Translations under genes and position numbers: made by a program
Origin: a virus
Lineage: Duplodnaviria > Caudoviricetes
Virus record (IMG/VR): IMGVR_UViG_3300037067_027649
Coordinates: 14,964 to 78,963 of that record
Reading direction: 5' to 3' (one strand)
Length of the DNA: 64,000 nucleotides
Notes under the pieces: generated by a model
Database searches by the model: none
Seen by the model: the letters and a program-made list of their open reading frames with translations, nothing else
What the model was told of the DNA's origin: nothing
Part shown: one piece after another, positions 9,278-19,770 of the stretch
How the letters are laid out: every line of letters begins with the position of its first letter
Numbering within the stretch: the stretch's first letter is position 1

Positions 9278-11215
9278 TTATAAATTTAAAAATTCATTGA
9301 CATACATAATCGGAATACCAAGACTTCTTGCTTTTGTAGCTTTAGAACTTGTAGTATCCTTATCTTTTACTAACAAATGTGTTGTTTTCTTTGAAACACC
9401 ACTTGCAATAATTCCTCCATTTTTAACAATAATATCTTCCAATGAAGCATCTCTGAAACCTGTCATACAAACAGAAAAACCAACATATTTATCACCTGTT
9501 AATTCTTTTTTGGGTGTTTGAATATATGAAATCTTAACAGGGAAATTTTGATATTTCGAATAATATAAATTTCTTCCTTTAATAAACCAATTTGCAGTTA
9601 TATCAGAAACTCCATCAATATTGCATAATCTTTCAACTACATTATTTTCAAAATCAAAATCACCATCAAATTCATCAAAAATTTTCTGAGCCACTTTCTT
9701 ACCAAGTTTACCATTGAACAAATCCAAAGCTTGCATCAAATTAGCAAGTGGTACACCTTCTTCTCTCAATTTTTTAAATTGGGAAAATAATTTGTTAATA
9801 GATTTATCAGCCCAACCTTCCATATTTTTTAATTCTTCATGTGTTATAGTAAGAATTTTTTCTGGTGTATCATAACCTTTATCAAATAATTTTTTAATTT
9901 CACCTTCTCCAAAATCATCAATTTCAAGAGAACCGAAAAAATAAATCAAAGTTGAAAGCATTCTTTCTGAACATTTTTCATTAGGACAAACAAGTTGAAT
10001 ATTATTTTCATTCCATTCTGTTTGTGTTCCACAATATGGACAATATTCTAAACTCTTAATATAATTATCAACATCTGATTTTACAAATTTTGTTGTTTGT
10101 AAATGTTTAGGTATAACATCACCTGAACGAATGATATTAATTTCACTACCAATACAAATATTATTATCAATCACGTATCTCATATTATAACCAGTGACAT
10201 TTGATATTTGAACACCGCCAACAATAACTGGTTCAACACCAATAACTGGATTGAAAAAACCTTGTTTTGATACACCAATTTTTATTGATATGACCTTTGT
10301 TTTTTTAACTTCAGCCCATTCTGGATTTTTATATGCTATTGACCAAGCTGGATTATTATTTTCTTCCCTACCTAAGTCTTGACGAAGACTGATATCATTC
10401 AATTCAAGAACAATACCATCAATATCAAACATTTTACCCCATTCTTTATATAGGTTATCCAATTTCTCTTTAAGATTTTCATCATTCAATTTTAAAACAA
10501 CATATGGTACTTCAATTGTATTTAAACAATTTAATGTATCAAGCTGATCAATTTTAGAAAGTTCTTCACCAGATTTCTTTACAAGACCATAACGCATAAA
10601 AACCACATGTTTTAAAATATCTGGTGTAGGTATTTTGTTATTAAACAATCCAGCAACTGTATTACGAGCAGCTTTATACAACTTACCATTCTTAGGGTTA
10701 ATTTTACCTTCAAAATATTCTTTCCATGCTGGTTTAGGTATTAATGCCTCACCATATGAATAGAAATTGTGATTATTTACATTCAACGAACTGAAAAAAG
10801 ATTCTTTGTTAATATATTTAAAATGTTCAGTTCTATTCTGACCAAAAAAACCATCACCTCTTGTTAAGGTTTTATTATTAGTTTCTTCATCATTACATAA
10901 TGATATACCGTCATATTTTGATGTAGCTATTAATTCAACATCTTCTGGTAATCCCTTATTTTTAGCCCAACTTCTAATTTCTTGAATAGATTTTTTCTTA
11001 TTCAAAGAAAACATAGCAATAGGCATTTTTTCCTTATCATTATCATCAGGAATTTCTTCCATAACACTATCTTGTGCTAAAATATCATCTGGATATTGTT
11101 CACAAAATTTGTAATATCTTTCATCATAAACTGCATCTGAAACAGTTGGATCACCTGCACGATATTCTTTATTTCTATCAATTAACCATTGTCTTTCTTG
11201 ATCTATCGTATTCAT
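9278..11215 (-). CDS. ligA: NAD-dependent DNA ligase
   Basis: KYDG adenylation motif, TRGDG.G, ARNTVAG, DIDGIV, AIAYK-like motif, Zn finger CPYC..C..C, HhH and C-terminal BRCT. Confidence 0.97.
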   Translation of the reverse strand: MNTIDQERQWLIDRNKEYRAGDPTVSDAVYDERYYKFCEQYPDDILAQDSVMEEIPDDNDKEKMPIAMFSLNKKKSIQEIRSWAKNKGLPEDVELIATSKYDGISLCNDEETNNKTLTRGDGFFGQNRTEHFKYINKESFFSSLNVNNHNFYSYGEALIPKPAWKEYFEGKINPKNGKLYKAARNTVAGLFNNKIPTPDILKHVVFMRYGLVKKSGEELSKIDQLDTLNCLNTIEVPYVVLKLNDENLKEKLDNLYKEWGKMFDIDGIVLELNDISLRQDLGREENNNPAWSIAYKNPEWAEVKKTKVISIKIGVSKQGFFNPVIGVEPVIVGGVQISNVTGYNMRYVIDNNICIGSEINIIRSGDVIPKHLQTTKFVKSDVDNYIKSLEYCPYCGTQTEWNENNIQLVCPNEKCSERMLSTLIYFFGSLEIDDFGEGEIKKLFDKGYDTPEKILTITHEELKNMEGWADKSINKLFSQFKKLREEGVPLANLMQALDLFNGKLGKKVAQKIFDEFDGDFDFENNVVERLCNIDGVSDITANWFIKGRNLYYSKYQNFPVKISYIQTPKKELTGDKYVGFSVCMTGFRDASLEDIIVKNGGIIASGVSKKTTHLLVKDKDTTSSKATKARSLGIPIMYVNEFLNL

Positions 11216-11226
11216 ACTATTAGTTT

Positions 11227-11553
11227 TTAAAATAATTTATTGAAATAATCACTCACATAAAGAGAATCACCAAGCCAACCAATAGTATCATCAATTGGGA
11301 ATGGTTCTTTACAAATAAAAATCATAGAATCATTTTCCATTAATATTTTACCAGCTACTTTATATTCAGTATCATAAAAAGATTTTCCTGATTCACTATC
11401 TTTCTTAAAGAGAACAAGTTGTTCAGTTTCCATTAATAATGAACCTTTTACGATTACATATTTATTTTCTTCTTTACATGAAGAAAAAAGAAAAGGAAAA
11501 AGAAATAGAAATAAAAATATTTTTTTCATAATTTTTATTTTTTTAAAGTACAA
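11227..11553 (-). CDS. putative lipoprotein
   Basis: MKKIFLFLFLFPFLFSSC lipobox (true start probably 11529). Confidence 0.65.
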   Translation of the reverse strand: MYFKKIKIMKKIFLFLFLFPFLFSSCKEENKYVIVKGSLLMETEQLVLFKKDSESGKSFYDTEYKVAGKILMENDSMIFICKEPFPIDDTIGWLGDSLYVSDYFNKLF

Positions 11554-11584
11554 ATATATAAAAGATATTTAATATAAACAAATA

Positions 11585-12103
11585 TTAACACAAATTATTA
11601 TCTAAAATATTTTTTTGCTTTAAATTATTAATACTATCATTTTTAAATTGTAACATTTTAAAAAATTCATGTGGATAACCATGTTTAATATTTTTTAATT
11701 TATATTCTATCATCATATTACTATATTCTATTCTAATTTGAATTGTTTTATCTTTTTTAAAAGATATATCAGTATTACAAATAACATAACTTTCGTCTAC
11801 GCTACGAATTTTAAATATTCTATTATTATCAATATATTCATCAGATTCTTGTTTCAAAAACATATATCTACTATATTGAGAATTAGTAACACCAAAAAAA
11901 CCAAAATTCCAATCGAAATATACAATTATATTATTATTATTATCAACTTCTGTCCATTCACTCCATTTAGATATTTTATTTTTTTCAACAGTACAATATC
12001 TATATTCATAGATAATACCATAAAAAGTTTTAGGAATACTATCTTGTGAATACAAAGATATATATGATAATAAAATCATTAAAACTAAGGTTACTTTTTT
12101 CAT
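11585..12103 (-). CDS. secreted protein
   Basis: Signal peptide MKKVTLVLMILLSYISLYS|QD. Confidence 0.6.
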   Translation of the reverse strand: MKKVTLVLMILLSYISLYSQDSIPKTFYGIIYEYRYCTVEKNKISKWSEWTEVDNNNNIIVYFDWNFGFFGVTNSQYSRYMFLKQESDEYIDNNRIFKIRSVDESYVICNTDISFKKDKTIQIRIEYSNMMIEYKLKNIKHGYPHEFFKMLQFKNDSINNLKQKNILDNNLC

Positions 12104-12104
12104 A

Positions 12105-12551
12105 TTATTTATTTATTTTTTTTAATTTTTCTTTTCTTTCTTCAATTAACATTTCTCTTTCTTCATCAATTAATTTAATATCTTGTAATATACCTTTTTT
12201 AAATTTTACTTCAAATGTATAAAATTTTTTATTGTTATCTTCACCATAAAATCTAAATTTACCTGTATATTTTTTATTAACTATTCTTTCATTTACTCTT
12301 TTAATACAACCCATTAAACTTTTAATTCCAGTTGCATTTGGATATGGTCTTTCTTCTGGTGGAACAGATTCATATTTCCATTTTGCTATTTTAAGTTCTT
12401 TTTCTTTAGTAATATAAATTTCAGTTAATATACAATCAAAATCTTTAGTTTGTAACTCATAACTTTTCTTAAAAGAATTTTTTTCTTTTTCTGATATAGG
12501 TAATATATCAATATCTTCTATTATAACTCTATCAAACATTCCCATAATCAA
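12105..12551 (-). CDS. phage hypothetical protein with C-terminal basic tag
   Basis: MGMFD...QTKDFDC; ends EERKEKLKKINK. Confidence 0.7.
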   Translation of the reverse strand: MIMGMFDRVIIEDIDILPISEKEKNSFKKSYELQTKDFDCILTEIYITKEKELKIAKWKYESVPPEERPYPNATGIKSLMGCIKRVNERIVNKKYTGKFRFYGEDNNKKFYTFEVKFKKGILQDIKLIDEEREMLIEERKEKLKKINK

Positions 12552-12865
12552 TGTAATCTATGAAAATCATTTTCACTATCAGTAACGTTAGTCACATTTT
12601 CAACTATTAAATTACCATTACCATCACCTTTTAATACTACATAATACCAGTTTTCTTCTTTTAATAATTTAAATTCTGGTAATTTTTTAAAAAATTTATC
12701 GGGATTTTTTAAAAACCAAAACAATAACCCAACACGAACATATTTACAATTCTGAATTGATGTGACTTGATAATAAAACTTATGAGATTTTGTTAAATCA
12801 GCGTGTTTATAAATAACCACTTCAAGTATATTATTTTCTACTGCTTCTTTATCATTATAATGCAT
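12548..12865 (-). CDS. hypothetical protein
   Basis: 105-aa ORF behind TATATTTG (12885-12892). Confidence 0.65.
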   Translation of the reverse strand: MHYNDKEAVENNILEVVIYKHADLTKSHKFYYQVTSIQNCKYVRVGLLFWFLKNPDKFFKKLPEFKLLKEENWYYVVLKGDGNGNLIVENVTNVTDSENDFHRLH

Positions 12866-13013
12866 AATACTAATATTTATTTTACAAATATAGTATTTTT
12901 TTATTATAAAGTTTATGTTTTAAAAAGATTTTTAAACTTTTTTCATTTTTTTGTTTATAATATAAAAACTAATATTATATTTGTTAAAAAATTTTTTTAA
13001 ACCCTTATAACCT

Positions 13014-13334
13014 ATGAAATATACAAATTATTTAATTAATGGAAATGTTTTTGATTTTGATAAAATTATTTCTCAAAAAAAACACATAAAAGAAATATCA
13101 CAACTTATAGTAGTACCACTTTCTATTGTAGCTTTATTTGGATGTGTAATGATACTTCCTTTAACTGTATCTTATGATACATATCGTAATGTAAAATGTT
13201 TCTTTTTAATTAATACTAAAGATTCTCATTTAATTGCAGAAATAAAAGATACAAATGACAAATTAATTAATAATATTAAAAAATCAAATTTTATAAAAAA
13301 TAATATTAATGATTTTCATAATATATTAAATTAA
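13014..13334 (+). CDS. membrane protein
   Basis: One TM segment; TATATTTG at 12976-12983. Confidence 0.55.
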   Translation: MKYTNYLINGNVFDFDKIISQKKHIKEISQLIVVPLSIVALFGCVMILPLTVSYDTYRNVKCFFLINTKDSHLIAEIKDTNDKLINNIKKSNFIKNNINDFHNILN

Positions 13335-13457
13335 TAATTACCTTATTTATTTTATCCAAAGATATTTTTATTTAAAATTTTTCTTTGGTTTTTTTGTTTT
13401 TTAAATATATTTTATTATTTTTATATAATATTATTAATTTTTTAAAAATTTATTAAA

Positions 13458-13592
13458 ATGAATACAGAAACTTTAAATCAAGTACTTTTAGTTTTAAAAG
13501 AATTCATACCTCTTTTAATTACATTTTTCGGTTCTATTATTTTTCTTTTTTCTATTAATTATTATATAGAACACGATAAAAAAAATAAATAA
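13458..13592 (+). CDS. 44-aa membrane protein (not in ORF track)
   Basis: MNTETLNQVLLVLKEFIPLLITFFGSIIFLF... Confidence 0.45.
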   Translation: MNTETLNQVLLVLKEFIPLLITFFGSIIFLFSINYYIEHDKKNK

Positions 13593-13598
13593 AAAATA

Positions 13599-13633
13599 AA
13601 AAGGTGAATTTATATTTGTAAAATTCACCTTTT
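13599..13633. terminator. inverted repeat / possible bidirectional terminator
   Basis: AAAAGGTGAATTT..AAATTCACCTTTT. Confidence 0.55.
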
Positions 13634-13648
13634 TAAAAAATAAATATT

Positions 13649-14158
13649 ATGAAAAAGAAAACATTTTATATAATAATATTAGCTATTATTATATTATTTA
13701 CATCTTGTAATAACAAGAAAATAAAATATGAAATTGATGAATATTTCAATAAAGATGAATGGGTTGTTTTAAAGTTTAATTATGGTGAAAAATTATATGA
13801 AATTGATAAATATATTTATGTTGAAAATAAAATAACAAATCTATTTGATTATGTTAATTTTAAAATAGAACCTATAAATTATGAAACATATTTAAAATTA
13901 CCTGATCCAAAAAAATTAAAATATATTTTAGAAGGAAATTTATATAATGTTAATTATTATAGTTCTGCCTTTAATTTAAAAACAATAGAAATATTATATT
14001 TTAGTAGTGAAAATAAATTTTCATCAAAATGGGTTATACATTTTGAATTAAAATCTGAAAATAATAATAAATTTGATTATTATTTTAATTATGATTTAAG
14101 TTATTTTATTTTAATTGATAAACAAGTTTTTTTTAATAATGAATTAATTTCAAATTAA
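13649..14158 (+). CDS. putative lipoprotein
   Basis: MKKK...IILFTSC lipobox. Confidence 0.65.
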   Translation: MKKKTFYIIILAIIILFTSCNNKKIKYEIDEYFNKDEWVVLKFNYGEKLYEIDKYIYVENKITNLFDYVNFKIEPINYETYLKLPDPKKLKYILEGNLYNVNYYSSAFNLKTIEILYFSSENKFSSKWVIHFELKSENNNKFDYYFNYDLSYFILIDKQVFFNNELISN

Positions 14159-14344
14159 TGAAATTTTTTCATTAAAATATAAATCAAGATTTTTATATGG
14201 TATATTTCTAATTATAAAAAGTACACTATGTATATTATTTTTTGATAATTATTTATTATTATTGATAAAATATTTTATTAATTTATTATTTTAATATATA
14301 TTTTAATATGAATAATAATATCAGAAAAATAACTTAATTAGAAT

Positions 14345-14677
14345 ATGAAAAATGTTAATAATTTCAATGAACATCTATTTGAGAGTTCCGATTTAACAGT
14401 AGCTAAAGAAATATATAATCAACTTGGAAAAAAAGCCATGTTTATGATGGGTGCAAAAAATATAGCTGGTGATAATAATTCTCTTTCTTTTAAAATAAGT
14501 GGATCACCTAAATATAATTTCATTAAAATAACTTTAAATTCTTTAGATTTATATGATGTCAAATTTATAAAATATTTTAATTATAAAATAACAAGAGAAG
14601 TTGAAGTAAATAATGTTTATAATGATCAATTAAAAGATGTTATAGAAAAAAATACTGGTTTATATTTAAGTCTTTAA
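14345..14677 (+). CDS. conserved phage hypothetical protein with leader
   Basis: MKNVNNFNEHLFE; IYNQLG...MMGAK...DLYDV.F...VY.DQL...IE..TGL. Confidence 0.75.
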   Translation: MKNVNNFNEHLFESSDLTVAKEIYNQLGKKAMFMMGAKNIAGDNNSLSFKISGSPKYNFIKITLNSLDLYDVKFIKYFNYKITREVEVNNVYNDQLKDVIEKNTGLYLSL

Positions 14678-14692
14678 AAAATAAAATTATAT

Positions 14693-15295
14693 GTGTTGAA
14701 ATATTTAAAATCATATAACGAATCACTAAGAGATAAAATGAAACCAAAAAGTGATGAAGAAATTTTGAAAGATTTAGGTAAGTTATCACCAGAAGAAATG
14801 CTATTAACATCTATTAAAAATAATTATGTAAATGGTGTTAAAAAAGCTTTAGAAAGAGGTGTTAATATAAATAAAAAAAATGAACGTGATTATAATAGAA
14901 CAGCTTTATTATATGCTTCTATATATGGATATAAAAATATTGTTGAAATTCTTCTTAAAAATGGTGCTGATATTAATATTCAAGATGTAAATGGTTGGAC
15001 AGCTTTAATATTTGCTTCAAATCATGGTCATAAAGATATTGTTGAAATTCTTCTTAAAAATGGTGCTGATGTTAATAAAAAAATATTTAATGGTGAAACA
15101 GCTTTAATGTCAGCATCAAATAAAGGTTATAAAGAAATAGTTGAATTATTATTAAAACATGGTGCTGATATTAACATAACAAATAAATTTGGTTATACAG
15201 CTTTATACTATGCTTCATTAAAAAAATACAAAGCTTTAATAAAAGAATACAAAGAAATAATTGAATTATTAAAAAAATATGGTGCTAAAGAATAA
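14693..15295 (+). CDS. ankyrin-repeat protein with shared leader
   Basis: About 4 G.TAL..A...G...IV.ILL..GADIN repeats; N-terminus LKYLKSYNESLRDKMKPKSDEEIL. Confidence 0.92.
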   Translation: MLKYLKSYNESLRDKMKPKSDEEILKDLGKLSPEEMLLTSIKNNYVNGVKKALERGVNINKKNERDYNRTALLYASIYGYKNIVEILLKNGADINIQDVNGWTALIFASNHGHKDIVEILLKNGADVNKKIFNGETALMSASNKGYKEIVELLLKHGADINITNKFGYTALYYASLKKYKALIKEYKEIIELLKKYGAKE

Positions 15296-15303
15296 TTTAA
15301 AAA

Positions 15304-15615
15304 TTATTCAAATAAATTTTTCATTTCATCTTTATATTCTAATTTATTAACATATTTTACTATAATGTCACCATGACAAATACTACTCTTTTTACATACA
15401 CATCCAAGTCTTTTACGTTTTAATTCATGAAGTGATTCCATCAAATCTTTATTTTTAATCAAATATTCTTCAAATTTTTCAACAGCTTCTTCAACTGTAT
15501 CAACTTTATATAAAGCTGTTGAAAAACTTAAATGACTATATGGATTACCCCATTTTGATGGTCTACATATATCCACATCATATTCTTCTGTTAATTTACA
15601 AACTCTTATACACAT
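15304..15615 (-). CDS. DUF4326-like protein
   Basis: DI.RPSKWGNPY...LGC.CK....CHGD. Confidence 0.8.
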   Translation of the reverse strand: MCIRVCKLTEEYDVDICRPSKWGNPYSHLSFSTALYKVDTVEEAVEKFEEYLIKNKDLMESLHELKRKRLGCVCKKSSICHGDIIVKYVNKLEYKDEMKNLFE

Positions 15616-15619
15616 AAAT

Positions 15620-16063
15620 TTAAATTATTTTTTCAAGTTTTCTATTTCTAATATAAGAATTCATTTTACCTAAAATTATATTTTTATGATTATTTTCAAT
15701 TATTGATAACATATTATTATCATCAAATAATTCTATATTTTTTAATATTTTTGAATCATAATATTCTTCATTATATAATGAATAAAACCAATATAATTGA
15801 TAACCTACTATATCATAAATAACTTCAACAAAACCAAATCTTTCTATATATGTATCATCAATAAATTCACATAACGAATTTTTAATAGAACTTTTTTCAT
15901 AAATATAATATAAATGATTTAAATATAATTCATTCATAAAATTAATATATTCATCAAATGTTAAAAAATCAAAATATAAATCATCATATTCTTTATGTAT
16001 AAATAAATATTTTTTATTAGTTTTATTAAAATATTTTAATATACTATCAGATTTTAACTTCAT
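15620..16063 (-). CDS. hypothetical protein with C-terminal basic tag
   Basis: Ends IRNRKLEKII. Confidence 0.6.
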   Translation of the reverse strand: MKLKSDSILKYFNKTNKKYLFIHKEYDDLYFDFLTFDEYINFMNELYLNHLYYIYEKSSIKNSLCEFIDDTYIERFGFVEVIYDIVGYQLYWFYSLYNEEYYDSKILKNIELFDDNNMLSIIENNHKNIILGKMNSYIRNRKLEKII

Positions 16064-16070
16064 TTCTAAA

Positions 16071-16964
16071 TTATTTTGGTTTATATGTTATCATCAAACC
16101 TGAACTATCCTCTGGTGTTAAATGTGTTTGAAAATAAGACATAGGATTTTCAGTTTTATTATTATAATGAATCTCATAATGTAAATGTGGCCCACTTGAC
16201 ATACCACTATTACCAACTTTTCCAATAGATTGTCCTTGTTTTACTTTTTGACCTTTCTTAACTTTAATATAATCCAAATGTGCATATAATGTTTTATACC
16301 CATTATTATGATTAATTACAACCTTATTACCATATCCATGTAAAGAATAAACAATTTTTTCTACAACACCATCTGCAGTAGAAATAATATTTGTTCCAAC
16401 TTCTGCAGATAAATCTATACCATCATGGTGTATAGCTGTTTTGTAAAAAGGATGATATCTTACACCATATGGTGATGATATACAAATTAAATCAACATTT
16501 GATATCGGTTGTATAATAGGTATTTTATTAAAATATTTTATATTATTATTTTTTAAATTATTTTTAATTTTTTGTCTTGACAATAATTCATCTTCAATTG
16601 ATTCATTTAAAATAAAATATTTTTCTTTTAATTTATATACATCATTTACATTTTCTATACCTATAACATAACTATTTGGATATTCTACTATATTATTAAA
16701 ATTCATCATTTTTCTATATAATCCATTATCTTCTTCTATTAATTGATTAATAATTTCATTTAATTCCTCACTTTTTTTGTTTAATTTTTTTAATTCACAT
16801 ATAATATCTTTATTCATATCATAAATTTCAAAATTTTCTTTTTTGAAATTAACACCAGAAAAACTAAACATGAATATAGATATAACACCAAAAACAGCTA
16901 GAATATTAATTAATAATTTATAATAATTAATATTTTTTCTTTTTAAAGTTTTTTCATTTTTCAT
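16071..16964 (-). CDS. M23-family metallopeptidase (peptidoglycan hydrolase)
   Basis: N-terminal TM plus coiled coil; SSPYG.R.HP, HDGIDL, GYGN.V, YAHL, SSGPHLHYE. Confidence 0.93.
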   Translation of the reverse strand: MKNEKTLKRKNINYYKLLINILAVFGVISIFMFSFSGVNFKKENFEIYDMNKDIICELKKLNKKSEELNEIINQLIEEDNGLYRKMMNFNNIVEYPNSYVIGIENVNDVYKLKEKYFILNESIEDELLSRQKIKNNLKNNNIKYFNKIPIIQPISNVDLICISSPYGVRYHPFYKTAIHHDGIDLSAEVGTNIISTADGVVEKIVYSLHGYGNKVVINHNNGYKTLYAHLDYIKVKKGQKVKQGQSIGKVGNSGMSSGPHLHYEIHYNNKTENPMSYFQTHLTPEDSSGLMITYKPK

Positions 16965-16984
16965 AATTATAATTTATTTTTTAT

Positions 16985-17085
16985 GATAGTTAACCACACA
17001 ACAACCAATAAACACGCATTATAAACAAAATGTGAAATAATATCCTTTTTTATTTTTTAAGATACTATTTCACATGGTAACTATC
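16985..17085 (-). promoter_or_regulatory. candidate structured 5' leader RNA of the M23 gene
   Basis: Two nested stems: 16985-16995/17076-17085 and 17030-17046/17059-17075. Confidence 0.4.
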
Positions 17086-17228
17086 TGATTAATAGATATT
17101 AATTTAATATACTATTTAATAGAATTTTTTCATTTTTTATGTCTTTTTTAGAAATCATTTTATGTTATATATAGTTTAAAAATACTGAAAAGTTGCTATT
17201 TTTAGATAATTATCTTAAATTCAATATT

Positions 17229-18692
17229 TTATATATCTATTGTTTCTTCTTTATCTAATTTTTCAAATATTTTTTCAACTCTTTTGATAACTATTTTTCT
17301 ACCTTTTGATATTTGAGATTTTATTGTTGATAAATTTATATTTAATTGTTCAGATATATCTTTATATTGCATTTCTTCAATTTCTCTCATAATCAATACT
17401 GTTCTATATTTTTCATATTTTTCTGGTAAATTATAGATAGTATCTTTAAGAATTTCAGCTTTTTTGATATATAGTTCATTTTTCAATTCTTCTGAATTAT
17501 CACTTTTATCATAAAATACATTTAAAAGGTTTAAATCATCTTTAGTGGATTTATCAAAAGATATTGTTGATAATTTTTGTTCATCTTTATAATTTTTTCT
17601 TACTAAATTTTCACCTATTCTATAAATCCAAGTATGTATTTTTGATTTATTTGGATCATATGTATTTATTTTATCTAAACCTTGTATAAAAGCTTCATTA
17701 GCGAAATCTTGTGCCTTTTCAATATCATTAGTATATTTAGATAAAAACCATGTTAATTTGTTAAAATGATTAGCATAAAATCTTTGAAAATTAATACCAG
17801 TTTTAACTTCAAAAATATGTTCATACTTATTTTTAATATTTGATTCATCTAAAATTTCAAATATATTTTTTATTGCTCTATTACTTTCTCTTGTTATAGT
17901 AACAATATTATATTCTTGAAATAAATTAATGTAGGAATGAAATAATTTATTTGAATTGATTGTAATATCTAAATTTGATGATAAAAACGTTTCTGGTTTA
18001 CTTAATGCTGTTTTAATATCTTCTTCTTGAACAAAATTATTTTTTATATTTTTATTTAACCTAACTACATTATATCTTAAATTTGATTTTATTTTTTTAT
18101 TATCTTCATATTCTATAATTTTTTCCACAAATTTTTTATATGAAGTTTTAATATTATATGTTTTATGTAATAAATCTACATATTTTGTTACAACATTATC
18201 AATGTTAGAAAAAGATTCATTAAAATTATTTATTCTTTCACTAAATGATTTATTACTAAATTTCCATTTATTAGTAACATTTTCAATATTATCATTAACA
18301 ATAAAAATGTTATTAGTATTTTGATGTAATAAACATATATTAGTTTGGAGTGCTATCTTATTATCAATAGAATCGGATATTAAGAAATATTTAAAATACT
18401 TCTCATTATTTACAGTTATATCATCAAAAATAATACCTAAATCAACACAAGAATCTTTAACTTTTAATGTTAAAAATAAAGGATTCTCTATATAATTGTG
18501 AATATTCAATATAAACTCTTTAAATATATCTGTTTCGAAAAACAAAGGTTTATCTACATTATCAGAAGTTAATACTAAATAATTATCAAAGTATATTTTT
18601 ATTTTATCATTTTCTTTTACTCTTTTAAAATCGTTACACAACCTATTAATACAATAATCATTAAATAGCCAAGACTGAGAAAAGTTATTCAT
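17229..18692 (-). CDS. ECF-type sigma factor with N-terminal DUF932-like domain
   Basis: C-terminal region 2 (AQDFANEAF......Y....SKIHTWIYRI..N) and region 4 (LP..YR.V..MR.......IS....I...T.KS.I..GR); N-terminus aligns to 18851..19711. Confidence 0.85.
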   Translation of the reverse strand: MNNFSQSWLFNDYCINRLCNDFKRVKENDKIKIYFDNYLVLTSDNVDKPLFFETDIFKEFILNIHNYIENPLFLTLKVKDSCVDLGIIFDDITVNNEKYFKYFLISDSIDNKIALQTNICLLHQNTNNIFIVNDNIENVTNKWKFSNKSFSERINNFNESFSNIDNVVTKYVDLLHKTYNIKTSYKKFVEKIIEYEDNKKIKSNLRYNVVRLNKNIKNNFVQEEDIKTALSKPETFLSSNLDITINSNKLFHSYINLFQEYNIVTITRESNRAIKNIFEILDESNIKNKYEHIFEVKTGINFQRFYANHFNKLTWFLSKYTNDIEKAQDFANEAFIQGLDKINTYDPNKSKIHTWIYRIGENLVRKNYKDEQKLSTISFDKSTKDDLNLLNVFYDKSDNSEELKNELYIKKAEILKDTIYNLPEKYEKYRTVLIMREIEEMQYKDISEQLNINLSTIKSQISKGRKIVIKRVEKIFEKLDKEETIDI

Positions 18693-18788
18693 AAGTTTTT
18701 AGGATTTTTTTTATGTTTATAATTTTATGTTGTTAAATATAGTATAAAAATTTTTATTAAACAACAAAAATTATATTATTTATAATAA

Positions 18789-18825
18789 AAAAATGGTTTA
18801 TCTCTTTTGGAAATAAACCATTTTT
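18789..18825. terminator. rho-independent terminator
   Basis: AAAAATGGTTTAT..ATAAACCATTTTT. Confidence 0.65.
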
Positions 18826-18850
18826 CAATTTTATGATATTATAAAAACTT

Positions 18851-19711
18851 TTAAGCTTCCATTAAAGCGTTATAAATTCTTCTTGTTTCTCTTTCAATAG
18901 TTGTACTATCATAATTCTTATACATTGAAACAAAAACATCCATAACATCTTTTGCATTAACTTCAAGATCATAATTACTGTTATAAAAATCCTGATAGTG
19001 TGTTAACAAATTCAAATGTTGTGATACTTCTTCTGATACAAATTCAATACCTGCATTTTTCAAATTTTTTACAAACATACGAATTCTCAAAACATCACTT
19101 GGTAAAACAACACCATCTTCATCAATACGAATAAGTTTCTTATAAAGATTTTTCAAAGAAATTTTCTTTTCTGATAAAGTATTCAACAAAGAAACCTGCT
19201 TGTCGATTATAACATTAAACTCAGGAAGAACTTGAAAAAATTCTTCTAATTTTGTAGGCAAAGATTTGAAAAAATGTTTACCAGATACTGAGGCATTTTC
19301 ATTTTCAACAGCAAGAACATAATAAGTTCCAGTTTTTCTATGAACAAGACCAATGTTCATCTGCAAACAACGAGTTTTATCAGATGAATTTACAAGATTA
19401 AACACCTTGAAATATTCATCATCTTTTATAGTAACTGATTCTCCAACAAGTCGAATTTCCTGAGCTCCTTTGTTAATTCTTAAAGTATAAGTTTCAGGTA
19501 CAAAATAATCATTGATTTTCTCAATAATATCCTTTGCAAAATTTTTGAAGTCAAACGACCAATACTTTTCACTTACTTCCACGTTGGAAATAATTCTACC
19601 ATCATAAAATGTTGATACAATCAATCCTTCATGTCTGATATCAAACTTTGAAATTCTTTCTTGAACTTCATCCTTTGTATAAGGAATATAAACAATTTTT
19701 CTTCGTGCCAT
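18851..19711 (-). CDS. DUF932-like protein
   Basis: F.LVNSSDKT..L....GL motif resembling the DUF932 NS.DG core. Confidence 0.5.
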   Translation of the reverse strand: MARRKIVYIPYTKDEVQERISKFDIRHEGLIVSTFYDGRIISNVEVSEKYWSFDFKNFAKDIIEKINDYFVPETYTLRINKGAQEIRLVGESVTIKDDEYFKVFNLVNSSDKTRCLQMNIGLVHRKTGTYYVLAVENENASVSGKHFFKSLPTKLEEFFQVLPEFNVIIDKQVSLLNTLSEKKISLKNLYKKLIRIDEDGVVLPSDVLRIRMFVKNLKNAGIEFVSEEVSQHLNLLTHYQDFYNSNYDLEVNAKDVMDVFVSMYKNYDSTTIERETRRIYNALMEA

Positions 19712-19770
19712 AGTTTTATTTTTTATTGATTAATGATACAAATATAATAATTTTTATTTAAATAAAAAAA

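Noticed and set aside
14930-15075. Near-identical ~36-nt repeats as a DGR template/variable pair
   Set aside because: They are explained by adjacent ankyrin repeats; there is no adenine-specific variation and no reverse transcriptase.
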